NCBI GenBank assembly: GCA_010015585.1
Contig: ML975197.1
Source of the DNA: Eremomyces bilateralis CBS 781.70
Lineage: Eukaryota
DNA length: 32,273 nt
Strand: one strand, 5' to 3'
The notes below the pieces were generated by a model, which saw only the letters and a list, made by a program, of their open reading frames with translations, made no database searches and was not told where the DNA came from. A program made the translations under genes and the position numbers. Below, one piece after another: positions 1 through 10,715 of the stretch; the first letter of the stretch is position 1, and the number at the start of each line of letters is the position of its first letter.

Positions 1-672
1 ACTCGAAGGATAAGATCGGCCGGACGCCGCTGTCGTGGGCGGCTGAGAACGGGCACGAGGGTATCGTCAAGCTGCTGCTCGAGGCCACGGCCGACACCTA
101 CTCAAAAGATAGCTACGGTCGGACGCCGCTGTCGTGGGCGGCCGATAACGGGCACGAGGGTATCGTCAAGCTCCTGCTCGAGGCCACAGCCGACGCCGAC
201 TCGAGGGATAAGGACGGTCGGACACCGCTATGTTCGGCGGCCGAGAACGGCCACGAGGGTATCGTCAAGCTGCTGCTCGAGGCTACGGCCGACGCCGACT
301 CGAAGGATAACTACGGTCAGATACCGCTGTGGTGGGCGGCCCGGAACGAGCACGAGGGTATCGTTAAGCTGCTGCTCGAGGCCACGGCCGACGCCGACTC
401 AAAAGATGGCTACGGTCGGACGCCGCTATCGTGGGCGGCCGATAACGGGTACGAAGGTATCGTTAAGCTCCTGCTCGAGGCCACAGCCGACGCCGACTCG
501 AGGGATAAGGACGGTCGGACACCGCTGTGGTGGGCGGCCCGGAGCGAGCACGAGGGTATCGTCAAGCTACTACTCGAGGCCACGGCCGACGCTGACTCGA
601 AGGATAAGGACGGTCGGACACCGCTATGTTCGGCGGCCCAGAACGGGCACGAGGGTGTCGTCAAGCTGCTGG
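1..672 (+). repeat. 99-bp tandem coding repeat, about 7 units
   Basis: The GRTP-type codon block recurs at 18, 117, 216, 315, 414, 513 and 612. Confidence 0.95.
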
Positions 673-857
673 AGTCCTTCAGCGCTCCCCTATCATCATT
701 CATGGATCTACAATACTTATTACCACCAGAGGCACTTTACTTCGGTTTTGACGCGCTGTTCGACTTCACTTTTTTCCTGGAGGAGGGCGAGTCTCCTGCT
801 GAGAGTAGTTCTTCCGCCGACGAAGCGCTGGCGTCTTCCCTCATCGACAACCACTAA
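3..857 (+). CDS. 3' part of an ankyrin-repeat protein (5' end outside window), probably the sensor domain of a fungal NLR-like protein
   Basis: Manual translation of frame 3 (absent from the ORF track because it lacks a start) gives 7 copies of a 33-aa ankyrin unit such as GRTPLSWAAENGHEGIVKLLLEATADADSKD. The frame is open to TAA at 855-857. NLR identity is inferred from the high internal repeat identity. Confidence 0.85.
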   Translation, partial: SKDKIGRTPLSWAAENGHEGIVKLLLEATADTYSKDSYGRTPLSWAADNGHEGIVKLLLEATADADSRDKDGRTPLCSAAENGHEGIVKLLLEATADADSKDNYGQIPLWWAARNEHEGIVKLLLEATADADSKDGYGRTPLSWAADNGYEGIVKLLLEATADADSRDKDGRTPLWWAARSEHEGIVKLLLEATADADSKDKDGRTPLCSAAQNGHEGVVKLLESFSAPLSSFMDLQYLLPPEALYFGFDALFDFTFFLEEGESPAESSSSADEALASSLIDNH

Positions 858-1636
858 GCCTGAGAGCGTTGACATTCCGCTCGTAGGGCCGGGCACTACG
901 GCACTGCCTGCGACAGCGACCGCGATGGTATTTGAGGCGCTATCGTGCATAGCTAACGTAGAGTCCAGCGAACGTGGCTAATGATTGTCAACCCTATCCT
1001 CACGTCTTTACTCGAAGCTCCCCCGTCCATAGCATAGGTTCTTCACAAGCTTCTCGTATGGAAGATGCCGCCCATCGCCAAGGAGGGACCAGGAAGCGGA
1101 AAGCGGCGAGTTGGGACCGCAATCTTCATGGTGTTACTGTGGGGGGTTTCTGCAATTTTGACGGCGCTCTGCACTACGAGAGCACAACTAGACTGTTAGT
1201 CCCTCATCAAGAGCTTTGCAGGAATACCATCGCACTCAGGGCGGAAGAATTTGAAAAAGAGAAGGTCTATGAACTGGACGGGGAATCAAATCGGCGCTCA
1301 AAACGAAGGCGGAGAGCGCAAGCGGGAGAGGAAACACATGCTGGGCTTAGAGTTGGGCTTGTCATGAATGATTCTCCTTATCAAGGGCACCCTTTGGACA
1401 GCTTTCTTTGATTTATTTCAAGCTAGAGAATAGAGTTTGGGTACATGAATATTGGGAAAGATCAAGATACTTGGCCCGCAATGAGAGCTCTGCCACTCTA
1501 CGAGCACCTGTCCACGAGAATTTGGTTGTTAGAGTAGGCCACCGCAGGTCAATCAATCAATGCCTAAGCCAGACTCTGTCAGATTATCATCTAGCTTGCA
1601 ATCACAAAGATAATTTACTCTCTTCGCCTGTTATTA

Positions 1637-2940
1637 AAGTACTAAGCCAAGAGTCTGCGCACAGACCCCAGTCTCAGCTGATATCTCTACACCCACCACT
1701 TACTTGGACAATCAATAACTTTACCAAAATGAGGTCTTTTGGCACAGAAATTAGTGGTAATCGAAGGCCTAATAAGGAGTTATCAGTCTCTCAAAGAGCT
1801 GGGATTATTCAGGCTGTTGAAGATGGGAAACCAAAGACTGAAATCGCGCGCAACTTTCGCGTCTCTCGACGCGCGGTGTATGGGACTATGGAGAGGTGGG
1901 AAGAACACAAAGCCACCATATCCTTACCTCGTGAAGGGGGTCCCCATAAGTTATCACGCTCTGACGAACGGCATATCGTTCAAATCGCGCGTCGATTTCC
2001 TCAAATGGAGTACGGAGAGCTCCTCGCAGGTATTTCGTACCTCCGCTTTTCTAGGAAGACCATCTACCGAACCCTTAAGAAATATCACCTTACGAAATGG
2101 CGAGCGAGGAAGAGGCCTTACCTGAAGCCTTACCGCGCAAAAGACCGCCTTCGGTTTGCCCACGAATTCCTTAAATTCGACTTCTCCTGGACCCACTCCA
2201 CGGACGAGTGCTCGTATGAGAAAGGGGCGGGCGGTAAGCAGGTATGGGTATGGCGACTGTACCACGAGGCATATGATCCGCAAATGGTAGAGCCTAAGAC
2301 CTCTGGCAAGGCCATTTCACAGATGATATGGGGCTCAATCTCGCGTGATGGGAGGTCAGACCTGGTGATCATGGACCGCGACGAAACCTCCGCAAGACAG
2401 GGCTATTCCGCGAAATCCTACATCGCTACGTTAGAGGAGGGACTTCTCCCTACGTATGAACCCGGGGATGTTGTTATCCAGGATAACGCAAGGATCCATA
2501 CGGCCAAAATCACCCAAGAATGGCTGGAGACGCACGGCATTTGGGTCATCGATTGGCCGGCCAATTCCCCAGACATCAACCCCATCGAACACATGTGGCA
2601 TCTGTTGAAAACCATGGTCCTAGAGCTCCACCCTGAATTGAAGACGATGGGCGCCTCGGAGGAGGCACGGGAGGCCATGAATGCGGCGTTAAAGGAGGCG
2701 TGGTGGGCGATCCCGCAGGAGACGATCCGAGAGCTGATCGACTCAATTCCGCGACGTCTACAGGCGGTAAGCAAGGCAAAAGGGTGGCATACGAAATATT
2801 AGATATTTCCCAATTAAGCAATCAAAAAAGTAAACTGAATTTGCATTTGTATGTGTTTTTCAGCGTATCTCAAGATACGGTGTATGGCGATCAGATTTGG
2901 TGATTTTCGGGGGTGTGCACAGACACATGTCTACTTATTG
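1637..2940 (+). mobile_element. Tc1/impala-like DNA transposon (~1.3 kb) with degenerate 27-bp TIRs and TA flanks
   Basis: TA at 1635-1636 and 2941-2942. 1637-1663 matches the reverse complement of 2914-2940 at 18/27 positions, best in the inner GTCTGYGCACA. Encloses a DD34E transposase. Boundaries are tentative. Confidence 0.7.
1729..2802 (+). CDS. Tc1-family DD34E transposase, 357 aa
   Basis: ATG at 1729 within ORF 1408..2802. N-terminal HTH-like region (KTEIARNFRVSRRAVY), catalytic STDECS, IQDNARIH and SPDINPIEHMW with 34 residues between the second D and the E, C-terminal KGWHTKY. Confidence 0.92.
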   Translation: MRSFGTEISGNRRPNKELSVSQRAGIIQAVEDGKPKTEIARNFRVSRRAVYGTMERWEEHKATISLPREGGPHKLSRSDERHIVQIARRFPQMEYGELLAGISYLRFSRKTIYRTLKKYHLTKWRARKRPYLKPYRAKDRLRFAHEFLKFDFSWTHSTDECSYEKGAGGKQVWVWRLYHEAYDPQMVEPKTSGKAISQMIWGSISRDGRSDLVIMDRDETSARQGYSAKSYIATLEEGLLPTYEPGDVVIQDNARIHTAKITQEWLETHGIWVIDWPANSPDINPIEHMWHLLKTMVLELHPELKTMGASEEAREAMNAALKEAWWAIPQETIRELIDSIPRRLQAVSKAKGWHTKY

Positions 2941-3445
2941 TACCTCCTCTTAACTTCTTGCGAAGCGCTCTCAGCTCTGGTTCGCAGGTAGCCGTAGCTT
3001 GGCCTTTTCCCGCTTCTCCTACATAATAAGGGCCTTCTTCAACCGCTTAACCTCGCTCTACAAGTTAGGGCATCGGAACGCGTAGCATTCCTTCCCATCT
3101 ATTGCCTGACGAAGGTTCTCATGGTAGTGATACAATTCCTTGCGCTGAAAAATTAATGGCGAAGACACCGATTGTTATACTAAAGTACAATAATTGCACT
3201 GCAGTTACAGGTCCTAACTACCTTGTCCCTGTGTCCAGCGACCGTGGTAGCTCTGGTGCTCCCCTCGTGCTATACGCTTTTCTACTGTTACTATAGTTAG
3301 CGAACTCGAAGTTCCGTTATATATATCGCGCAACTTTGTAACGGATCACATAAATGGATAGTGATACCGGTTCTAACGTTATGGAATTTACTAGCGAGAA
3401 AGAGAGAAGTTCTAAGTCTCCTCTCTACAATTATCTCAGTTGGGA

Positions 3446-3582
3446 CTCAGGCGGCAATGGTGCCCCCTGGCCATTATGGGGCTCCGCTATACCCAATGAA
3501 GCCCAGCCTCTTCTTTAGCACACGCCACTAAATATTGACCAATCATGCGCCTTGAAGGCAGAGGGCACCACTGCCGTCTGAG
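3446..3582. repeat. Inverted repeat with 24-bp arms, possible MITE-like relic
   Basis: 3446-3469 vs reverse complement of 3559-3582 match at 21/24; all mismatches are transitions. No clear TSD. Confidence 0.55.
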
Positions 3583-4137
3583 AGACTCCTGCATAGTTTG
3601 TGTGGATGTGTCGAGTATCAAATCATGATATAGGTGAGGGGAACTCCCATCGCTAAGTGTGCTTGATCCGGAAAGGCTATCGCTAATCTGTTTTCAGAAA
3701 TTGATCGTACGCGTTGACTTCTACATTTCATCAAGATTTAGGACCAATCCAAACACTCTACATGTTATGGTTCTGATCCTGCGTGCCGAACTTCGTATCA
3801 CGTGACTACGTCATTCCTCTCAAGCGATATATATTCTAACAAGAGATGCGAACCCGCAAGCGGGTGTCGCTGAAAGAGAGCCTGGAGGAACGAAGCTAGA
3901 GTTCGCAGTCTTCGAATCTCCCTTAAAAGAGTACTCGAATTATATTCACAGAAGCATCATAAAAGGCTTATTTTCCATTATTCTAGGTTGGTTTTAAGAT
4001 ATGATGCTACGGCAGTCATATGATAGGCCAAAGAGTCAACATGTTGTATACCATAAAGATTTTGGGCAATCAGAGCTTCCTGCGTGACTAGTTATTATAG
4101 TCTGTAATAGCAAGCACTAGAAATTCTGCATCGTAAT

Positions 4138-4189
4138 ACGCGTGGGAAGTTAAGGTGATCGGCAAGCAAACAAACGCGTCGCGACGCGT
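4138..4189. promoter_or_regulatory. Cluster of three ACGCGT (MCB-like) motifs, two forming a perfect 16-bp palindrome, upstream of LINE ORF1
   Basis: ACGCGT at 4138-4143 and ACGCGTCGCGACGCGT at 4174-4189. Function is inferred only. Confidence 0.35.
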
Positions 4190-4324
4190 CAAGAGCGCAC
4201 ACATCCAGCAACAGACGAGCATCACGAACCTACACGACTAGTGGCCATCATCTGTGGTAGCGACCACTGAAGCCCTATACCACACTACACGTAGGAACCC
4301 GGGCAATAGAAAGGACTACCAGGA

Positions 4325-5671
4325 ATGCCCCCCGCCCTCCCGAGGGCGCCTCCAGGAAGAAGGGGCACAGTAACACCGACATCCCGAGAGCCGCCAAGCA
4401 CGGGATCGACCCCTATGGCATCAGGAGTCACAACGAGAGCAGGGAAGGTAACCCAAGAGACGGCAAAGGCCAGAGCCCGGGAGGTAAACGAACGACTGCA
4501 ACAAGAGATGGCGGCTAGCCAAAAGAAGGATCACGGCTCGAGTGACGCGATTACCAAGATGCTCCGAGATGGCATCGCGGCAATAGAACAAGGAATCAAA
4601 GCACAGACAATGGAACTGAAAACCGAGAACGAAAGGCTGAAAAGCGAACTAAACAGCATGACCAACAAATTCGAGAACGTCACGAACAAATTCCAGGATA
4701 TGGAGAAGACGGTCGAGACGCTAAGACAAACCGTAGAGAGAGTAGAACAAACCGTGCTTAGCCAGCCTAGTATAGCTAGCCCCGTAGGAAGCACGCGAAC
4801 GGGATCATACACCGCAATCGCCGCGGCAAGATCGAACAGCCTGACAGTCCCTTCCCCGACGATGCTCTCACCATCGATCGCCATTACACCACCAGACACC
4901 ATCCCAGATCTTCGTTCCGTCTCCGACCCCGTCGTGACACGTATCCCCTCTCCAGGAAACGGCCAGATAAGGAGGGAAAACCACAGGCCACCGACGGTTA
5001 ACCTCAACCTTTCGGCTTCTCGATATAGTTCGGCCGGTAATAAGGAGCTTAAGGAAATGATGAACAGGACCCTACAGGCAACCGACGAAACGAAGAATTG
5101 CAAGTGCACCGCCGTACTAAACCGCCGACCAGAGAGCATAGGCTTCGTCTTTCGATCACAACAGGAAGTCGAAACCATAGAGACAGCACTACCATGGGCC
5201 AACGATCCAACGCTCCAGGACATAAAATTGAATATCCGCGAGGATTTCAAAGTCAAAGCAACAGGAGTCGACAGATTCTCGGTAGGCAACCCAGAGACAG
5301 GTCGACGGATCGATGAAGATATTGTTAAGGCCATCTGCATCGAGAACGATGCCCAGATCCGCGGCATGCGACTACTTAGCCGGCCATCAGCCAACCTGAG
5401 AATCGAGTTAGTAGTCTTCTGTAGATCGCAAGCAGAGAAAGATAGACTACTCAACGAAGGATCGATCTCTATCCAGGGATCATACGTGAGAATTAAAGAG
5501 TTCTTCGAAACACCACGAAGCAGACAATGCTTCAAGTGCCAAGGTCCCAACCATAACGCAGCGGACTGTACAGAAGACGCAAGGACTAGAAACGCCCCCC
5601 AGGTAGAAGACCCCCTCCGGGTAGTAGACGCATGGTCTAGAGACGTCCCCCAGGAATTCTTTAATGCGTAG
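4325..5671 (+). CDS. LINE ORF1 (gag-like): coiled coil plus zinc knuckle
   Basis: 448 aa with a heptad-rich segment (MELKTENERLKSELNSM...) and CFKCQGPNHNAADC, a CCHC-type knuckle. Overlaps the ORF2 start by 8 bp. Confidence 0.85.
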   Translation: MPPALPRAPPGRRGTVTPTSREPPSTGSTPMASGVTTRAGKVTQETAKARAREVNERLQQEMAASQKKDHGSSDAITKMLRDGIAAIEQGIKAQTMELKTENERLKSELNSMTNKFENVTNKFQDMEKTVETLRQTVERVEQTVLSQPSIASPVGSTRTGSYTAIAAARSNSLTVPSPTMLSPSIAITPPDTIPDLRSVSDPVVTRIPSPGNGQIRRENHRPPTVNLNLSASRYSSAGNKELKEMMNRTLQATDETKNCKCTAVLNRRPESIGFVFRSQQEVETIETALPWANDPTLQDIKLNIREDFKVKATGVDRFSVGNPETGRRIDEDIVKAICIENDAQIRGMRLLSRPSANLRIELVVFCRSQAEKDRLLNEGSISIQGSYVRIKEFFETPRSRQCFKCQGPNHNAADCTEDARTRNAPQVEDPLRVVDAWSRDVPQEFFNA

Positions 5672-8597
5672 TAAACCTCTGAGAATACTACAGGCCAACA
5701 TGAGGAAAATGCCAGAAGCACAGCACGCACTGATGAACGACGAATTATTACAGGATATCAGCGTTATCCTGATACAGGAACCATCTTGCTTCCTGACAGA
5801 CGACGATCGAGTGGTCGCAGCACCATCTACACACTCATATTTCCAACAGTTCATCCCAAACGAAACCCATAAGACACTACGATACCCAGTGCGGTCACTG
5901 ATCTATGCAAGCCACCAACTGCGACCCAGGCAGATAGAGGTAGGGTCACCAGACATCACAGCAATCGAAGTGGAGATCAACGGACGAGAGATGATTATCA
6001 TATCAGTCTACGTACCAATACAAGCAGCAACAGTCGCGGAGAGCCAAGCCCAGGTTAGAGAGATACTAGACTTGATTGAGAACACGACAGTAAGATTCCC
6101 GTCCCATGATCTACTAATTGCTGGGGACTTCAACCGTCACGATCAGCTATGGGGAGGGGACAGGGTCAGAGACAACCATGGGGAGGATATTATCCAATTC
6201 ATGCATAAGCAAGGATTACAACTTGCCCTCCCCAGGGGTACCTCTACACACAACTCAGGAACCACGATCGACCTCTGCATGGTATCAAGCCGGCTATTCG
6301 AAGACATGCTCCGATGTACAATCTGGCCTACCGAGTATGGCTCGGACCATAAAGCAATCGAGTCCCAATTTGACCTAGTCCTATACGACTGCACGAACGA
6401 ACCAAGAAGGCTCTTCCGGAAGACTAACTGGAAGAGGGTAGCAAAAACCACCAAGGAAGGGATAAAGAACCTGCAAATCCCACCAGACAAGATAATCCCA
6501 AAAGAGAAAATCGACGAGTTCAGTACCCAGCTAGTCCAGATTGTTACAGAGGCGGTCCTTCAAGACACCCCAGTCGCCAGGCCATCGGCATTCTCAAAGA
6601 GATGGTGGACAATGAACCTCACAGACCTCAAAAACGCGCATACAAGGGCGAGAAACGAAGCAGCCTCAACGCGAAGAGCAGGAACCCCCAACAACCGCCT
6701 AGAAGAGAAAGCCAGGGTAGCTAGGAAAACCTTCCACGATGCGATACGGAGACAACGAAGAACATGCTGGAAGGAATTTCTTAGCGACAACAACAATATC
6801 TGGAAAGCCGCAAAATACCTTCACCCAGCCCAGTCAAGCGCGTTTAGGAGGATATCAGTCCTTAAGATAAACGAAGGGCTAGCGAAAACAGACCAGGCAA
6901 TATCAGAGGAACTCCTTATACAGTTTTTCAGCCAACCGGCAGACGCCCTAGAGCCACCCGAAGCTAGAGAAGGACACCAACACCCATGGAAAGAGATCAC
7001 CAAAGAGGAAGTGCGAGAGGCGATCTACAGAGCAAAACCCTTTAAGGCACCAGGACCAGATGGGCTCCCACCAGCGGCCTGGCAGAAACTGTGGCCAGAA
7101 GTGGGAGACCACGTACATGTACTCCTGCAAGCGTCAGTCAGAGAATCGTACCTCCCAGAGCAATAGAAGATTGCGCGGATCGTCCCGCTTAGAAAACAAG
7201 GCAAACCAGACTACACCCTCGCGAAGGCATATAGGCCTATCTCCTTGCTTTCCACCCTGGGCAAGGCGCTAGAGTCGGTGCTCGCAGAACGCTTATCTTT
7301 TCTAGACGAAATGCACGGGATACTCCCAAAAGCCCACTACGGAGCAAGAAAGCAGAGATCGACGACCGATGCCCTCCAGCTAGTTACAGAGCAAATCTAC
7401 CAAGCATGGAAACAGAAGAAGATACTATCGCTAGTTACCTTCGATGTCAAAGGCGCCTTTAACGGAGTCAACAAGGGAGTACTATGCCAAAGACTCAAGG
7501 AAAGAGGAATCCCACCAGAGATTACAAGATGGGTGTACGAATTCTGCGGAAATCGGAAGGCATCAATCATGGTTAATGGCACTGAATCAGAAGTTATGGA
7601 CATCGCCCACGCTGGTTTACCACAAGGGTCGCCACTCTCCCCTATCCTCTTTCTCTTTTACAACGTAAACCTCGTCGCAGGGAAGGTAACAGACCGCTCG
7701 GGAACGATGGCTTTTGTAGACGACTTCACAGCCTGGGTAACAGGCCCAGACATCAAGAGCAATATCCAGCGAATCCAGGAACAAATCCTACCGAACACCG
7801 AAAAGTGGAGCCAGGAAAGCGGTGCGCTGTTCGAACCGGACAAGACCCAACTTATTCACTTCACCAGACGCTGGAAACGGGACGAGAACGAGCTCCTGCC
7901 ACTGGTATTTATGGATAACGAGATAGCCCCAGCATCAGAGATCAAACTCCTTGGAATCATACTAGACCAAAAACTCAATTTCCAGAGCCACGCGAGAAGA
8001 GCAGCGAAACGAGGGGAAATCGCGGCAATGGCGCTCCAGAGACTCAAGGGACTCAACCCGAAAACAGCGAGACAGATCTTTACGGCAACAGTTACACCGA
8101 CCACCGACTATGGGGCTCAGATATGGTTCCCAGGATCGGCAGGTACAGTAGCCCGCCATATCGAGAGAGCTACCAAACTAGGAGCGAGTGCAATCACGGC
8201 TATATTCAGATCGGCAGCGAGCGAGGTCGCAACCGCGGAAGCAGGAGTCGAAACGGTCCAGGAAAGACTCCACGAACTCACCCGGAAACACTGGATCAAG
8301 ATGCATACAAAACCACAGAATCACTACGGATGGAGACTCATCAAGCGTCTGTTTAAAGCTAAGACACACAGATCCCCACTCGAAGCTACAGCCGAGCTCT
8401 TCCAACACATCAATCTGAAATCGCTTGAGAAGACAGCAGAATTCGTCAAGCCGCCGTGGCAAGACCCGCCAAGAGTCATCATCGAAGAGGAAGCGGCCGC
8501 AATAACAAGGGCAGCCCAGCTCGGCCTCAGAACTATCTTTACGGACGGATCATGCAGAAACGGCCTTACCGGCATCGGAATTCACGCACCAAATATC
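5664..8597 (+). pseudogene. LINE ORF2 (AP endonuclease, reverse transcriptase, partial RNase H), disrupted
   Basis: APE motifs ILQAN, IQEP, AGDFN, TIDL, GSDH; RT motifs KAPGPDG, YRPISLL, GLPQGSPLSP, FVDD; RNase H start IFTDGS. In-frame TAG at 7164-7166 falls where the conserved W of PxxWK is expected. Cut at 8597 by an LTR. Confidence 0.92.
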
Positions 8598-8797
8598 TGT
8601 GAAGGATCGAAGATTGAATTCAGTCTGATGCCTTGGGGCCTTGGGATGTGGAGGCCTTACGGCCTCACGATGTGTTGTGGTCACCCCAAGGCCTACTGAA
8701 TATTTCCCCTCACACTTAGATCTCCCTTTCCCCTTTGTAGATTGATTCTAGTATATCACGAATCACAGAGTTTTGCCTCATTCTTCGTGCCCTGACA
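8598..8797 (+). repeat. 5' LTR, 200 bp, TGT...ACA
   Basis: Starts TGTGAAGG and ends CCTGACA. Matches 15017-15212 at 195/196 (T8614 vs C15033). Confidence 0.96.
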
Positions 8798-8798
8798 T

Positions 8799-8809
8799 AA
8801 TCAATCTAC
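8799..8809 (+). promoter_or_regulatory. Primer binding site complementary to the element's own LTR (self-priming type)
   Basis: AATCAATCTAC is the exact reverse complement of GTAGATTGATT at 8737-8747. Confidence 0.8.
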
Positions 8810-8930
8810 CTCCCCATAAAAGTTGAGGCTTCATCCGGAATCAGAAAAGACAAATCTGGCTAGACTGAACACAATCCTCGAGTCCGACGACTCACCCTCG
8901 GAGAATTACCCTACATTAAGAAGAGAACCC

Positions 8931-10715
8931 ATGTCTCATTCAACCTCTCAGGTGGACGACCATTCCCAGACCTCCGGCATGTCCCAAACTACGTACCCCC
9001 GCCTAGACTCCAATAGGAGATACTCCTTACGAAAGGTAGACCTAGGTGGAGGCAACGTTGGCGTCGGAATTGCTGAACAAACCGTCCCCGGAAGTTATGA
9101 GAGTGATGGAGATGGTTCTCATGAAAACGATGACGAAAACGAAGGACAGCCTGATCGCCGACGATCATCGATCCGACGGCCTATCGCGCTGCCCCCAGCT
9201 GAAGCCCTGCACACTTGCCAGACTGTAGAGAACTTCGCCGCTCAGGTGAAGCACGAACCAAAAGCTTGGTTCAACGGAATGATTGCTCTTACCGAAGAGG
9301 CTGAAGGCATGGAAAAAGAGCATAAGAAAATGATGATTAGGATCGCCGCACTGAATCATGAAGCGGCCAATCTCGAATCTAAACTGATTGAAACCGAAGA
9401 CGAACTGAAAACCACACGAACCATGCTTAAGGAGAGGACGTTCCTTCCTAATCGCATCGAAGCTCTAGAAAAGGATATCCAACGAGTCCGCACCAGACGT
9501 GATCATTGGCGCCTAGTGTCCGAGACATCCTAGAAGGACTTGAACGCAGCTAATGATAAGATTACTGAGCTGATGAACCGACTCGAAACCGAACCTAAGC
9601 AATCACACGACGATGGGCCGTATGATTCGGACAGAGACGACCGGTCAGTGATTATTGGTGAGGAACGCCGTCGACAAGAATCCCGTATCGAAACTCCGGA
9701 ATCTAGAGTCACTTGCCAGTCCGTAGCACCTTCGTCGTCTACTCCCGGATTCTCACGGAGGAGATACCCTAACCCCCTAGTCTTCACTGGAGACTCAGGC
9801 AAGGACGATTACGAACCTTGGAAGCTGCAACTCACGAACAAACTGAGCCAAGAAGCCAACATCTACCCAGACACGGCTTCGCAGGTTGGGTACGTTATGC
9901 ACTTCTTGTCTGGCACCGCATTCAAAGTGGTAGCCCGTAGAGTCAGCCCAGAAACTCCCTAGAATGAACGCTATCAGACCTTGCAAGAACTCTTACACGA
10001 TTTGGATAACAACTTTCGTGTTAAACATAGGGAGGAAAAGGCGGAGAGGCAGATCTTTAACCCGACGTTTCAACAGAAAGACTCCGAGTCTTTCGACGAA
10101 TTCTGGCCTCGATTCAACTCGACGATCGCAGATATCCCCAGCCTTAGCAGTGAGAAGAAGGTACGTTACTTGAGGCGTTGTTTAAAACCCGCATTGCAAG
10201 ATGCAATGTCGAGCAACCTTTCGGAAGATTTCGTATCGTTTGCAGAGGCCTGTCGGAAGACGGAAATAAATATGACCGACGCCAAGAGGGCCGCCAACAG
10301 GTCACGTGCAGCGCCGAACAGCCAGAACTCGACGAGTACCTCTCGTCGTCTGCCTAACAAGAGCGGCACGGCCACGGATACTTCGAACGCCACTGCAAGA
10401 GACCTAAGGAATTTTCCTTGGGGACGAACTGCGGAGCAACGAGAACGCCTGAAGAGGCTAGGGAAATGCTACAAGTGCCTACAGAAAGGCCATGTCGCAA
10501 ACGACGAGAACGCACCATGCAAGAATGGCTACCCACCTAAGCTCAAGGAATCGGACCTGGAGCTTCGGTCTTACCTGGTGGGCATATCGACCAACTCGTC
10601 CAATGCAAGGATTTCTGAACCAAATGCCCCTGCCCAGGTTCCGCGGACCAAGACGGCACAGGCCGAGCCGCGAGCGTCCTACCAATCGGACTCTGACTCG
10701 GATCAGGGAAACTAG
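8931..10715 (+). pseudogene. gag: Gag with two in-frame TAG stops (9531-9533, 9960-9962)
   Basis: ORFs 8823..9533, 9540..9962 and 9981..10715 share one frame. Capsid-like PNPLVFTGD...YEPWK and QQKDSESFDEFWPRF, knuckle-like CYKCLQKGH. Confidence 0.88.

Larger units (their letters stand above)
4160..8597 (+). mobile_element. Tad1-clade-like non-LTR retrotransposon (LINE), 3'-truncated by LTR element insertion
   Basis: ORF1 with CCHC knuckle overlapping ORF2 (APE, RT, start of RNase H). A-rich sense strand. The 5' boundary is approximate. Confidence 0.92.

Noticed and set aside
406..1411. ORFs 406..981, 720..950 and 974..1411
   Set aside because: The first is an alternate frame of the ankyrin repeats; the others show no recognisable motifs.
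1408..1728. N-terminal extension of the transposase in the ORF track
   Set aside because: It begins at TTG and runs across the putative left TIR; ATG 1729 gives a typical Tc1 transposase length.
2945..3330. Possible degraded minus-strand coiled-coil gene (SEVKRLKKALIM*EKREKAKLR)
   Set aside because: Too short and stop-ridden to assign without a homology search.
4531..5730. 399-aa antisense ORF over LINE ORF1
   Set aside because: It is a shadow ORF of a compositionally biased sense gene with no domain motifs.
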